In this document: positions 1 through 10,208 of the stretch, one piece after another | How the letters are laid out: each line of letters starts with the position of its first letter | Position numbering within the stretch: position 1 is the stretch's first letter | NCBI GenBank assembly: GCA_050331235.1 | Contig: JBHJHA010000008.1 | Span: 20,581 to 84,580 of the forward strand | Length of the DNA: 64,000 nucleotides | Direction of reading: 5' to 3' | DNA from: Leptolyngbyaceae cyanobacterium | GTDB lineage: Bacteria; Cyanobacteriota; Cyanobacteriia; Phormidesmidales; Phormidesmidaceae | Position numbers and translations under genes: made by a program | The notes under the pieces: generated by a model | Seen by the model: the letters and a program-made list of their open reading frames with translations, nothing else | Databases searched by the model: none | Told to the model about the DNA's origin: nothing

Positions 1-2
1 CG

Positions 3-401
3 TTGACGCTGGATTTTTCTGAGAGCGGCCCCGCCATGGATGCTTATGTGAGGGAATCAGCCTACGATCGCTACATGCGCCTTGGCTATGCGGCCTTGCA
101 ACGTGAGGAGTATCAAACGTCAGCTAGCTATTTTCGCAGTGCACTGTATGAGCGTCCGGAAGATCGCTTGGCAACCTTGGCCTACTGGAACGCGATCAAT
201 GGAAGTCAGGATGGTGAGGCGGGTTTAGGGAGCGAAACCAGCGAATCCCCCTATGATCGGTACATGCGTCTAGGCTACGATGCGACCCAACGTGGTGACT
301 ATCAAGCTGCGGTTGATTTCTTTGAAGAGGCGTTAACGCTGCGCCCAGGTGATTACTACGCGATCGAAGCGATCGACAATGTCACTACTTACATGAACTA
401 G
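3..401 (+). CDS. TPR-like repeat protein, C-terminal part (probably starts before the window)
   Basis: Two copies of YDRYMRLGY-x-A followed by TPR-like helices (YQAAVDFFEEALTLRPGD); frame is open from the window edge. Confidence 0.7.
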   Translation: MTLDFSESGPAMDAYVRESAYDRYMRLGYAALQREEYQTSASYFRSALYERPEDRLATLAYWNAINGSQDGEAGLGSETSESPYDRYMRLGYDATQRGDYQAAVDFFEEALTLRPGDYYAIEAIDNVTTYMN

Positions 402-554
402 TAATACCATTCAATTGCGATCTAAATTTCAGTTTAATCGCTACGGTTTAGATGTCATCTCCATCTGGGTCGTGGCGATTTTTGTGCAGTGTCTTTCAGA
501 CAGATTCAAACGATCCAAGCCGGATGGTTCGTTAACTATCCATTACCAGTATTT

Positions 555-720
555 CCGACATAACAGCGCTCAAACGGAACAGGAGGTAAGGGTACAGCAA
601 GACCCGCACAGGTGATCCGGCGGTTGCCAGGGGCCAACCCTGACTACTCAGCAAATAGGCCGAAGATTGCAGTTCCACCGCCGTTGCTGCTCCTCTAGCC
701 AAGGGGTGCTTCCACATTTG
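555..720 (-). ncRNA. ssrS: Probable 6S RNA (cyanobacterial SsaA type); ends approximate
   Basis: Minus strand reads AGAGGAGCAGCAACGGCGGTGGAACTGC...CCTGGCAACCGCCGGATCACC...CCTTACCTCCTG, matching blocks I recall from cyanobacterial 6S RNAs; GGCGGT/ACCGCC and AGGAG/CTCCT can pair into a long rod; no credible CDS here. Confidence 0.7.
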
Positions 721-920
721 TTCAATCGCCGGCAGCACTCATAGGAATTTACCGCCGGACAGATATGTCGTTCAGTTACTGCAAATTGGTGTGAACCTGA
801 GCGAGCTCTCTTCGATGCTGTTTTTTAAGGCATGCGTCGGTAAGTGAAATGTGTTGTGAGTTTTAATCAACCTGCCAATGGCTGGCTTGAAAAATAGAGT
901 GGTATCTAGATCCTTAAATC

Positions 921-949
921 AAAAAAAGCTCCTTCAAAATGGAAGGAGC
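921..949 (-). terminator. Intrinsic terminator of the baeRF-like gene
   Basis: GCTCCTTC/GAAGGAGC stem followed by a U7 tract on the minus strand, ~30 nt after the stop at 979. Confidence 0.75.
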
Positions 950-978
950 CAAAAGGGGTTGAAGGGAAGGCGCGATCG

Positions 979-2139
979 CTATGCAGTAACCGGCACTTCA
1001 TAACGAAAGATGCCTGCAGCAGCCTCAGAGTTCGGCATCGCCTCATCATCTAGCAAATATACTTTGCCGCCTTTTAGAGCAGTTTGTACGGCAGCAATGT
1101 CCAACAAATCGTGATTATCTGGCCGATCTTCCTGATGAATTTCAGTTTCACCGGTCTGTGGATCTACAGTGCCCCAAATCTGACTGCCAGAAGCTACAAA
1201 CAAAGTATCAACCTGCCCACGAATGGCCGCTGGCAATACGCGAGACAAAGAAGAACTCGCTTTCTGTGTATCCTCTAGTGAGAAAAATTGATTAAGCGAT
1301 TCTTCATGGGTCTTTTCAACCAGTTGGGAAACAATTGACCAACCCTGCTCTCTGAGTGCTTCTGGCTGAGCCACGTCAGGATTACCATCAATGCCGTCAG
1401 CCATCAAATGAGGATAAGTGTTGACCTCTTGATAAATAGGTCGCAAATATTCCACTGAGGCGATGATCAGCGGCATCTCTTCATTCTTTAGATACTGATG
1501 CAGGCCCGCATCAACCTTGTTGAGAAAGCGTCGAATGGCAACTTTATCATCCGTACCCGCTGTGCCCTGAGCATGATAGATCGGTTGCGAACCTTGACTA
1601 TTAGAGCTGTGGAATTGTAGCTGTTCTTCGGGGTCATCATACTTCAGAGCTTCTTCCAAACTCAGTGGCATCCCCTGAAGCTCGACCTCACTGATTTGAT
1701 GATGGGTTGATTGAAACAACCGCACTTGATTCTGGCTCAGAGCCAAGATGTAAAAGTACCGATTGTCAAAGAAGAGCGGCAGCAGCGGCTTGAGATAGAA
1801 CTGATTGGACAACACAACTGAAGATTCGAAACTCAAAGGCAAGCGATAAACTTTAGTTTTGCCATTAGCGATGTATAAAGCTAAGCCCTGACTTTGATAG
1901 CGCCAAAACTTATGATTTTCGACTAATGCATAGGCATCGGACAAAAAACTATCGACGTCTGCACTGTCCATGCCAGCGTTTGACAACTTTTGCTCAGCTT
2001 CGTTCAAAAGGTTCTTGAGTCGAATCGGATCTTGCTGTATCTCAGCTCCTGCTACATGAGTCGAAAAGTGGATGGATACAGAAATGTCGCTAGCAGCTTC
2101 ATTCAACAATTTAAATTCCGACCAAGATAATAGATTCAT
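979..2139 (-). CDS. Bacterial archaeo-eukaryotic release factor (baeRF3/baeRF7-like) family protein
   Basis: 386 aa; VSIHFSTH...QDPIRLKNLL N-terminus, LKPLLP, YILALSQNQVRLF, C-terminal GQVDTLFV...AAVQTALKGGKVY (eRF1 domain-3-like). Confidence 0.75.
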   Translation of the reverse strand: MNLLSWSEFKLLNEAASDISVSIHFSTHVAGAEIQQDPIRLKNLLNEAEQKLSNAGMDSADVDSFLSDAYALVENHKFWRYQSQGLALYIANGKTKVYRLPLSFESSVVLSNQFYLKPLLPLFFDNRYFYILALSQNQVRLFQSTHHQISEVELQGMPLSLEEALKYDDPEEQLQFHSSNSQGSQPIYHAQGTAGTDDKVAIRRFLNKVDAGLHQYLKNEEMPLIIASVEYLRPIYQEVNTYPHLMADGIDGNPDVAQPEALREQGWSIVSQLVEKTHEESLNQFFSLEDTQKASSSLSRVLPAAIRGQVDTLFVASGSQIWGTVDPQTGETEIHQEDRPDNHDLLDIAAVQTALKGGKVYLLDDEAMPNSEAAAGIFRYEVPVTA

Positions 2140-2194
2140 ATGCCTCTTAATTTACTTCTTGTAATGAGCAGCATAAGGGATTACGCAAAATTCA

Positions 2195-2211
2195 TCTTCT
2201 ATCAGTAGAAG
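2195..2211. promoter_or_regulatory. Palindromic candidate operator TCTTCTATCAGTAGAAG (copy 1)
   Basis: CTTCTA-N4-TAGAAG inverted repeat between divergent genes; identical 17-mer at 10209-10225. Confidence 0.5.
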
Positions 2212-2291
2212 CGTTTGTTTATGCCGTTGGGTAGAGACACACTCAGATTTAGCCCTGTAAAGTAACTCAGTATATTTAGGAGGTCACAACT

Positions 2292-2471
2292 ATGAAACCT
2301 ACTCGTTGGCTGGTGTTGGCATTTTTGAGCTTTTCTCTGTTTAGTGCAGCCTGTGCTAGCACAGCTCCAGAGACCGAAGAGCCAGAGACCACGACTGAAG
2401 AGATGGAAGGTGAAGCGGCCGGTGAAAGCGAAGAGGAAATGGAGGAGATGGAAGGCGAAGAGGCAGAATAA
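2292..2471 (+). CDS. Small acidic lipoprotein, 59 aa (not in ORF track)
   Basis: MKPTRWLVLAFLSFSLFSAAC-ASTAPETEEPETTTEEMEGEAAGESEEEMEEMEGEEAE*; AGGAGG ribosome-binding site 8 nt upstream; signal peptide ending in a lipobox-like SAAC. Confidence 0.75.
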   Translation: MKPTRWLVLAFLSFSLFSAACASTAPETEEPETTTEEMEGEAAGESEEEMEEMEGEEAE

Positions 2472-2899
2472 TCGCAATTTTGTCTAACTAAATCTGAAAT
2501 CAGTTCTTCCGAGCCCCGCTCTCTTTAATGAGATCGTCGGTTTTTAATTGGATTGGGTGGGGCTTTTGGGGCTTGAAAGATCGATTTGTCATGGCTGCTG
2601 GACTGCGATGTCCTGTTGATATTTTGATTACGAGTTAGCGTCATAGTCCTTAATATAAGTTCTTGTGTGATGTCTCGGCAACGCTGGCGAATGATTGGGC
2701 TTGAAATTATTTTTGATGGTGCTCCTTGACTGAGTTTTACCTTTTTATTTTGCTCTGTGCTAAAGATTATTGTCTGTGGCCTTACGGATATTTGTGGAGT
2801 CTCTGAGCGATTTTCTGGGACGAATTTAAGATGAGTCATTCTTGGACGGTCAGCCTGCGTTCAGAGTAGAAAAAACATGATTGTTATGAACTTTTATCT

Positions 2900-3436
2900 A
2901 TGAACTTTAGCTTAAATCCCTTGAACCACACTTTGCTGGTTGGTTCCCTTGCTTATTTTTGTGTTGTTTTATTTTTACGGCTATCTGGCAAGCGCACGCT
3001 ATCTAAATGGAATGCCTTTGACTTTGTAGTTACCGTTGCCTTTGGATCGATATTGGCAACAGTGGCGATGTCAGAGAAGACGTCTTTACTGCAGGGAATC
3101 CTGGGTATTGGTCTCTTGATCGCTTGGCAATTTTTGATGACGTGGCTGGCTGTGCGCTCATCGGTCATTCAGAAGTTAATTAAGGGGCAACCCACTTTGC
3201 TGCTGTTTGAAGGGGCGTTTCAAGAGAGTGCCTTGGCGAACGAACGAGTAACCCACGGGGAAGTGCTCGCAGCCATCCGGGCAAAGGGACTAGCGGCGGT
3301 TGAAAAGGTGGCGGCCGTCGTTTTGGAAACTGATGGTACCTTTAGCGTGATTGAAAACCTTGATGGAGAGTTTAATAGCTCAGCGATGTCAGATGTTCAG
3401 GGATTTTTGTCGCCCCATGGCGACCCGGCCCCATAG
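2900..3436 (+). CDS. DUF421 (YetF-like) membrane protein
   Basis: RLSGKRTLSKWNAFDFVVTVAFGS and VVLETDGTFSVI motifs. Confidence 0.85.
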   Translation: MNFSLNPLNHTLLVGSLAYFCVVLFLRLSGKRTLSKWNAFDFVVTVAFGSILATVAMSEKTSLLQGILGIGLLIAWQFLMTWLAVRSSVIQKLIKGQPTLLLFEGAFQESALANERVTHGEVLAAIRAKGLAAVEKVAAVVLETDGTFSVIENLDGEFNSSAMSDVQGFLSPHGDPAP

Positions 3437-3470
3437 GCAAGACACAGCAGGCATGTAAGGAGCGATCGCA

Positions 3471-4349
3471 ATGAGCCCTAAACAAGTTTGGCGATTAATC
3501 AAGGAAGCTTTTGAGCAGTGGAACCAAGATGATGCTTCGCGCTTAGCTGCGGCCTTGGCATATTACACAATCTTTTCGATCGCGCCATTGTTGATTTTAG
3601 TGATTGCGATCACGAGCCTGTTTTTTGACCGCGCCATTGTGCGGCAGGAACTCATTGACCAGATGCAGACGCTCGTAGGCAATGATGGAGCTGCCTTTCT
3701 CCAAACTGTGCTGGATAACGCTAACCGGCCTGGCGAGCGCTCTGGAATATTTGCCTCAGCCGTGAGCATTGGGTTATTACTGGTCGGTGCAACTGGTGTC
3801 TTGACGCAGCTGCAAGCCGCGCTGAATGCCGTTTGGAATGTAGAAGCCAAACCCGAACGGGGCTTTTGGAACATTGTCCACAAACGAGTTTTGTCTCTAG
3901 GGATGATTTTGGGCATTGGCTTCATCTTGCTCGTATCCTTGGCCCTGAGCGCCCTGATTGCTGGTTTTTCCTATTATTTGGAAATGACAATGCCAGGCTT
4001 GGATACGTTGACTCAGCTACTCAACTTTGCAGTATCTTTTGGCATTACTACCGTTATCTTTGCTCTGATCTTTAAGTTCATGCCTGATGTCACAATCACC
4101 TGGGGCGATGTCTGGTTTGGGGGGGCGACAACGGCATTTCTCTTTTCCCTCGGGAAGGTCTTAATCGGGCTGTATTTAGGCAACAGTAGCTTTAGCTCGT
4201 CCTATGGCGCTGCTGGCTCGGTCATTGTATTGCTGGTGTGGGTGTTTTACTCATCTCAAATTCTCTTTTTCGGCGCGGAAATAACCCAGGTTTATGCCAG
4301 GCGCTACGGCTCACAAATTACTCCAAATCGATATGCCATCAAAAAATAG
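3471..4349 (+). CDS. YihY/virulence factor BrkB family membrane protein
   Basis: AAALAYYTIFSIAPLL and YGAAGSVIVLLVWVFYSSQILFFGAE motifs. Confidence 0.92.
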   Translation: MSPKQVWRLIKEAFEQWNQDDASRLAAALAYYTIFSIAPLLILVIAITSLFFDRAIVRQELIDQMQTLVGNDGAAFLQTVLDNANRPGERSGIFASAVSIGLLLVGATGVLTQLQAALNAVWNVEAKPERGFWNIVHKRVLSLGMILGIGFILLVSLALSALIAGFSYYLEMTMPGLDTLTQLLNFAVSFGITTVIFALIFKFMPDVTITWGDVWFGGATTAFLFSLGKVLIGLYLGNSSFSSSYGAAGSVIVLLVWVFYSSQILFFGAEITQVYARRYGSQITPNRYAIKK

Positions 4350-4504
4350 CGTCTGTCTCTAAGGGGAAAGGTAGCCGTGACCAACAGGGTAATCAACCTC
4401 TTTGGGTGTACCTGAAACCCCTCCTTTAGACCCTTGTTGAGGTACTGAGAGTGGTCGATCATCTTGATGATTATTCCATTGACTAGAAACACATCAGTTA
4501 AATA

Positions 4505-6265
4505 GTGACAATGCTTTTTGAATATCTCAGACTAACAAAGTTTTTGAGACATATTTTGTTGGGGCTCTCTATGGTGCTATTGGTGGGGGCGACCTTGTCA
4601 CCGGGGTGGGCTGTGTCTTCTCAGTTGATGCAGTTTCCGGGGACCGGAGGCAGTAATAGCAATGCTTACACCTTGGGCTGGGTAGGCATTGATGGATATG
4701 ATGTCTTTCAAATTTCGGCTCCTGGTTCTACTCTCACTCAACGGCGCAAGCAGGTTCACCAAAACCTGCAAGATATTCGCGATAGTTACCTTCAACTCGA
4801 AACGCCGATCGCAACCGTTTCGACTCAAGAGACTGACAATGGGCAGTCCGAGATTTACGTCAATGGTGATTATTTGCTAACGGTGACGGAAAAAGATGCA
4901 GAGCTGCTAGCCACGACGCCATCTGGCGTTGTTGAGCGCGTTGAGCAGTCTGTGACTGATGCCTTGAGGCAAAGCTATCGAGAACGGCAGCCCGAATATC
5001 GGCAGCAGCAATTTATTTATGGTGGAATTGCGGTTGGATTCGCAACCGCGATCTCCCTGCTGATTCATATTTTTTCGGGTCGCCTGCTGCGCTGGGCGGT
5101 TTCAGCTCTGGGTGCCACCCTTGATCAAGACACCATGACCCACGATCAGCGCCACCATTTAAAAGACATTCGCCGCTTGCTATTGCCTGTCTTGCAAGTC
5201 GGTGCCTTTGGTACGGCGGCCCTCTGGATTTTGGGACGGTTTCCAGAAACTCGGGTAATTCAGCAGGATTTGCTATCGACCCTCAACATTCCCATCATTA
5301 TCGCCATCGTGGCCATTATTGCTTACATTGGCGTGCGCTTGACCTATGCCATTGTCGACCGACTGTTGATGCAACTCACAGATGAGGAAGGCATTAGCGG
5401 TTATTACTCACGACGAGCACGATTGCGTATCTCTACTCTTTCGAGCGTGATTAAGAATATTTCTAACTTCATTTGGATTGCGATCGGCTTTATCGTCGCC
5501 CTCTCGATCACCGGAGTTGATTTGGGCCTACTACTGGCTAGCGTCGGGATCATTGGTTTAGCGCTGTCGCTAGCGACTCAAAACCTTGTGCAGGGGGCAA
5601 TTCGAGGTTTCTTTATCGTGTTAGAAGACCAGTTTGCGATCGGGGACGTAGTCAAAATTGGTCCCGATGCCGGCGTTGTCGAAAATCTCAATCTCCGCAT
5701 CACTCAATTGCGGGACACCGGTGGACGGCTTATCACCATTCCCACCAGCGATATTACGCGGGTGGCTAACTATTCTCTGCACTGGTCCCAGGCCGATCTC
5801 AAGATTCCAGTGGACTACAACGCCGATATTAACGAAATGCTCAATGTTACGCGCCAAGTTAGCGAAGAGCTGCAAAATGATCCCGAATGGGGCAGTTTAA
5901 TTCTGGAGGAACCCCAAATTTTGGGCGTTGATGACTTTGGTGATAGCGCTGTCATTATCCGCATCTGGATCAAAACTCAGCCGATGAAACAGTGGGATGT
6001 CTCTCGCGAATATCGCCGTCGCTTCAAGTTGGCGATTCAGTCAAGCGACACAACGATTCCATTTCCCCAACGCAATGTTTGGCTTCACCCTTCCGAGGAG
6101 TTACTACAGGGACTACAGGGCAGCTCTGATCGGCAGGGGGCTCAGGACAGCGATTATCAAGCTAGTGGCAACGGTCATCAGCCGCAACATACCAAAACCG
6201 ATACGCAACCGAAAAACGTGCCCTCAGATGATCAGGATGCTGGGGAAGACGGCGGCTCTGAGTAA
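4505..6265 (+). CDS. MscS-family mechanosensitive channel with N-terminal extension
   Basis: GIIGLALSLATQNLV...EDQFAIGDVVKIG...GVVENLNLRITQLRD...IPFPQR. Confidence 0.9.
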   Translation: MTMLFEYLRLTKFLRHILLGLSMVLLVGATLSPGWAVSSQLMQFPGTGGSNSNAYTLGWVGIDGYDVFQISAPGSTLTQRRKQVHQNLQDIRDSYLQLETPIATVSTQETDNGQSEIYVNGDYLLTVTEKDAELLATTPSGVVERVEQSVTDALRQSYRERQPEYRQQQFIYGGIAVGFATAISLLIHIFSGRLLRWAVSALGATLDQDTMTHDQRHHLKDIRRLLLPVLQVGAFGTAALWILGRFPETRVIQQDLLSTLNIPIIIAIVAIIAYIGVRLTYAIVDRLLMQLTDEEGISGYYSRRARLRISTLSSVIKNISNFIWIAIGFIVALSITGVDLGLLLASVGIIGLALSLATQNLVQGAIRGFFIVLEDQFAIGDVVKIGPDAGVVENLNLRITQLRDTGGRLITIPTSDITRVANYSLHWSQADLKIPVDYNADINEMLNVTRQVSEELQNDPEWGSLILEEPQILGVDDFGDSAVIIRIWIKTQPMKQWDVSREYRRRFKLAIQSSDTTIPFPQRNVWLHPSEELLQGLQGSSDRQGAQDSDYQASGNGHQPQHTKTDTQPKNVPSDDQDAGEDGGSE

Positions 6266-6528
6266 CCTGCTGCTGTGTATAATCCCGATGCTGCATAATT
6301 GTGCTACGCACAGGGTGATTCTCACTGTCGCCACTCGCTCATCAAAGAGGGCAATGGTGCTAATACGATCGGGCCTTCCCCTTTTCAGGGCAGCAGCAAG
6401 AAGAGATCCTCATAGCCATAACCTGTCGTCCAATTTTGTGGCACTGATACAACTTCGGCAAAGTGCAACAAGTCGAAGTTCCAAGAGGTGCCTTGGCAGA
6501 GCCTGTGGCTCAGTCAAGGGTCGTCACG

Positions 6529-7893
6529 CTAAACTCCATTTTCGCTAGATTTTGCTGCGTCGAAGTCAAGTCCAGCTGAGGATACTTCTACTGAGGCACT
6601 GTTGCGAAACTGTAGTGTATAAATTTCGGTGGGCATCTCCACATGAGCTTGCTGTAAAGCCTCTTTAATAGACTGCGCCGCGTCCGAGGTCGTGTCCAAA
6701 AAATTGCGCCGCCGAGAATCGACCCAAAAACGCACTTCTAGATTAACGGTGCTGGCTGCCAACTCTTGAATCAAAACATCGATGGGACTGTCTTTCGAAA
6801 TACCTTTGACTTGAGTTACCGATCGCAAAATCACGGTTTTGGTTTCTGTAAGGTCAGCATCGTAATCAACGCCAACGGTGATGGAGCTACGTCGATGGGG
6901 AGATGCCGTGTTGTTAGTAATGCTGGCCTGAAAAACTTCTTGGTTAGGAATATAAACAGTACGACCGTCATAGGTCTGTAACGTCGTGGCCCGCAGCTGG
7001 ATTTGGGTAATTGTGCCTTCGTATTCGTCAATCACGACTTGGTCACCCAAGCGAAAGGGGCGAGCAGCCAATAGCACCACGCCAGAAATGTAATTACTGA
7101 GGACGTCTTTTAGGCTGAAGCCGATCGCTACGCTGGTCAATCCAAAGGCCCCTAGCAAGGCGCCAAAATCGAGTCCTAAAACCCCTAAGGCCACTACCGT
7201 ACCAAAGATCCAAACGGCACCATAGCCCAATCGCCCAATCAAAATCTCGGTGCTGCGATCGCCCTCTGTTTGTTGAGCCCAGGTAAATGCGGCGTAGCGT
7301 ACAATTGCTGCTATGGCCCAAGTTAGCAACACGACGATCAAGGCACCCAGGAGCGCTGGTAGCTTATCAAGGGAAGTTCGGGAGAGCTGTCTAACTGTAC
7401 CGTCGAGGCGCTGAGCTACATCAATAAATAAGGGCGGTTTGTCAAATGCTTGGTTGAGCTCCGTCGCCCATTTCTCCGCCAGTGCTTCCTCCGCTAGCCC
7501 AAAGTCCTCACCATCTTGCTGCGTCACGGTCATAATGACGCGGTTGTTTAACCGGAGGGTTGCCCAGTTCCCAGAGGGTGAGGGCTCCACTGTAATCGGG
7601 GCTGGATTCTCCGTATTGGTCAGGAGGCTGGCAATGCGACGATTGATCACCGCGGCTCTGGCGGAAGCCGATAAATTACTGAGGCCGCCAACTTGAAAGA
7701 TGGGCCGCCCCCGTACAATGACATCTGAAAAGTAAACTTCATTGTCAGATGAGGACTGGGTTGGCTGAGTTGCAGGCACCGCCAACAGGTCAGCGTCAGA
7801 ACCGGCGGTGTCTTGGGCTAGCGCTGGCAGTGATAGAGCTAGCAAGCATCCCAAAATCAAGGCGATCGCTCGGCTTTTCCAAAAGTGCTGCAT
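6529..7893 (-). CDS. MscS-family mechanosensitive channel (second copy; ATG at 7893 preferred)
   Basis: Signal peptide ending ALA-QD; SVAIGFSLKDVLSNYISG...RPFRLGDQV...VYIPN. Confidence 0.9.
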   Translation of the reverse strand: MQHFWKSRAIALILGCLLALSLPALAQDTAGSDADLLAVPATQPTQSSSDNEVYFSDVIVRGRPIFQVGGLSNLSASARAAVINRRIASLLTNTENPAPITVEPSPSGNWATLRLNNRVIMTVTQQDGEDFGLAEEALAEKWATELNQAFDKPPLFIDVAQRLDGTVRQLSRTSLDKLPALLGALIVVLLTWAIAAIVRYAAFTWAQQTEGDRSTEILIGRLGYGAVWIFGTVVALGVLGLDFGALLGAFGLTSVAIGFSLKDVLSNYISGVVLLAARPFRLGDQVVIDEYEGTITQIQLRATTLQTYDGRTVYIPNQEVFQASITNNTASPHRRSSITVGVDYDADLTETKTVILRSVTQVKGISKDSPIDVLIQELAASTVNLEVRFWVDSRRRNFLDTTSDAAQSIKEALQQAHVEMPTEIYTLQFRNSASVEVSSAGLDFDAAKSSENGV

Positions 7894-8009
7894 GAAGAGA
7901 AACCTATTCTTGGCGGAAGATACCAGCAGCTCCAATCAAGGCTAAAAGATACTGGACGGCTAATCTATTCTATGGGTTGCGAAGTCAATGACGACGAACC
8001 CTCCTAGAC

Positions 8010-8056
8010 AAAAAGGACTCAAGTGCCAATTCAGTTAAAATCAGCACCTGAGCCCT
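8010..8056 (-). terminator. Probable intrinsic terminator of the csbD-like gene
   Basis: Minus strand AGGGCTCAGGTGC...GCACTTGAGTCCT followed by a T tract. Confidence 0.55.
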
Positions 8057-8078
8057 CTGATATATCAGCTATTTATAA

Positions 8079-8261
8079 TTAGCTAAGCTGTTGATCAATT
8101 TCGTCTTTGATGTTTTCCTTTGAATGCATAGCCTTAGCTTCAATTTGTTTCTCTTGACCTTCAGCCTGATCCTGGGGGTCACCGGTGATATCACCAGCCG
8201 TTTCCTGAAGCTTGCCTTCAATATTCTTGACAGTTGCTTCAACTCTATCTTCGATAGACAT
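8079..8261 (-). CDS. csbD: CsbD-family general stress protein
   Basis: 60 aa; KNIEGKLQETAGDITGDPQDQAEG motif. Confidence 0.88.
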   Translation of the reverse strand: MSIEDRVEATVKNIEGKLQETAGDITGDPQDQAEGQEKQIEAKAMHSKENIKDEIDQQLS

Positions 8262-8543
8262 ACGTTACAACCTCATCTGACTCAATTTTCTTTATTATAT
8301 TTTTTGCAGTTTTTTCTCGTATCCGCCATAAGAAATATAGCGACTTACAGATTCTTTTGGACGCTCAGCCGTTTGCTGCAATCGCTACCTGTCGCTGATG
8401 GTTTAACCGCTCTTATCTTGTAATCTGCGAGTTGGCGAAATCAAACAGCTCAATCACCCTTTAGCTAGATGTAGAAGCCTCATCGAGCTGTTATTTTCCA
8501 TTGGTAGAAAAGGATTAAATCACCTTTCAGATCCTGCGCCAGT

Positions 8544-9110
8544 TTGACTTACCAGATGCATTCAGCCCACCAAAACGTCTCCTCTCAGCCCTTTGAGGTT
8601 ATTCAGTCTGCTCCGTCAATTGATGCCGCAGCGGAAGCCATCCTATCGAATTTGGGTCAGCAACTAGCCTGCGATCGCGCCTTTTTATACGTTCGATCTC
8701 CAGAATCTCAAATCGGCAAAGTCCCTTTTTGTTGGCGTCGAACAAATACTATTCCACTCATTCAAGATGTTGACTGGAAGCCTGAACCCAGCTCTTTGTC
8801 AAACGAAGATCCGATGTTTGCCGCCGCTTTGAAAGCTGAGCCTAGCGTTTTTATTGAAGATGTTGAGACGGCATCTCCAGATACGCTAAATCAGGAATTT
8901 GAACGCAAAACCTTTGGTCACCGTGCCCTCGTCCACGGACATCTTTGTGTTGATGGTCAATTATGGGGAATTTTGCAGCCTTGCATCTTTGACCGACCAC
9001 GCCAGTGGACCAAGCATGATCGCCAGTTAATTCAAACTAATGTCGCTTGGTTGACGCCTTTAGCCATAGAGTTTGTCAAACTGCACTTACCTAATCAAAC
9101 CTGCTCGTAG
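8544..9110 (+). CDS. Stand-alone GAF domain protein (ATG at 8556 possible)
   Basis: LACDRAFLY...VFIEDVE...GQLWGILQPC...PRQWT GAF pattern. Confidence 0.8.
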   Translation: MTYQMHSAHQNVSSQPFEVIQSAPSIDAAAEAILSNLGQQLACDRAFLYVRSPESQIGKVPFCWRRTNTIPLIQDVDWKPEPSSLSNEDPMFAAALKAEPSVFIEDVETASPDTLNQEFERKTFGHRALVHGHLCVDGQLWGILQPCIFDRPRQWTKHDRQLIQTNVAWLTPLAIEFVKLHLPNQTCS

Positions 9111-9116
9111 TACATC

Positions 9117-9869
9117 ATGATTGTTAATCTTCAGAATGACGGTTGGGAAGTCATTTACCATCGCGCCCATGCGCTGTTAGCCGCTCAAATTGCCGGACAA
9201 TGGGACTTTAGCAAACACGAATATCGCATTTATGAGACGATCGCAGCGATCGCCCATCATGACAATCTCGAAAAGGAATGGGACGGTGATCAGCTGACTA
9301 AAGTAGGTGCGCCCCTAGACTTTCGGCTAGAGCGGGAGACTGCTATTGAGCAGCTACGCCGGCACGTCGAAGAATCTTTGTATCAAAGTCGGTGGGTCGC
9401 GATGTTGATCTCAATGCATCTCTGTTTTTTGCATCAGGCTCAGCAAGATGACCCAGAGATGGCCCAATTCTTGGGGGAACAGCGGCAGCAACAGGCGCAA
9501 TGGCAAGAGGAACTGGGGATCTCCGAAGCTGAAGCAGAACGCTCTTATACATTTATGCGCTGGTGCGATCGCCTCTCCCTTATTTTGAGTCAGCGTCAGC
9601 TACCAGCAGCCGGGCGCAAACTCGAGATCATTCAAGGCCCAGAGGGAGAAGATTACTGGGTGAGTCAATGGCCATCAGGTACGGTACGAGTCAGCCCCTG
9701 GCCATTTACGTGTGATAGTTTCACCATCTCAGTCGAAGCCTGCTATCTCTCACAGCTAGAGTTTGAGTCCAATGCCGCGCTAACTCAAGCCCTCAAATCA
9801 GCACCTCGTAAAGTACTTTCCTGGACTTTGCAACGTAGTCCAGAGACCAAAAGTGATGGCCCTACTTAG
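9117..9869 (+). CDS. DUF3891 family protein
   Basis: MIVN...GWEVIYHRAHALLAAQIA, AIAHHD, WCDRLSLIL, VSPWPF. Confidence 0.8.
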   Translation: MIVNLQNDGWEVIYHRAHALLAAQIAGQWDFSKHEYRIYETIAAIAHHDNLEKEWDGDQLTKVGAPLDFRLERETAIEQLRRHVEESLYQSRWVAMLISMHLCFLHQAQQDDPEMAQFLGEQRQQQAQWQEELGISEAEAERSYTFMRWCDRLSLILSQRQLPAAGRKLEIIQGPEGEDYWVSQWPSGTVRVSPWPFTCDSFTISVEACYLSQLEFESNAALTQALKSAPRKVLSWTLQRSPETKSDGPT

Positions 9870-10208
9870 CGTTTTATAGAATGCCGAATAGTTGCAGTAA
9901 TGAACTAGTAGGTCCGACCGCGTTCGATGTTCCTCAGTTGATAAGCTCGTTCAACCAGACATGAAATTATAGCCCCAACTTACCGATAGCTACTCATAAT
10001 GCACCGTTTCTAAACCTATTTTTTGCTTTTGCTGAGAGGGTTACCTGGGAGGATACCTTAAAGGGCTACTAGCACAAAATCTGACCGCTTTAATTATTAT
10101 GAGCTTGCGATCAAACTAACCGTAAAAATGTATTAGTGAGGGACGTAAGTCTGATATTTTCCTTCAGTCAGCTGCGTTTTGATATACCGGTAGTTAGATA
10201 TTGGCAGC

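Noticed and set aside
2525..2839. 104-aa minus-strand ORF
   Set aside because: No recognisable motif or ribosome-binding site; low-complexity composition; not supportable
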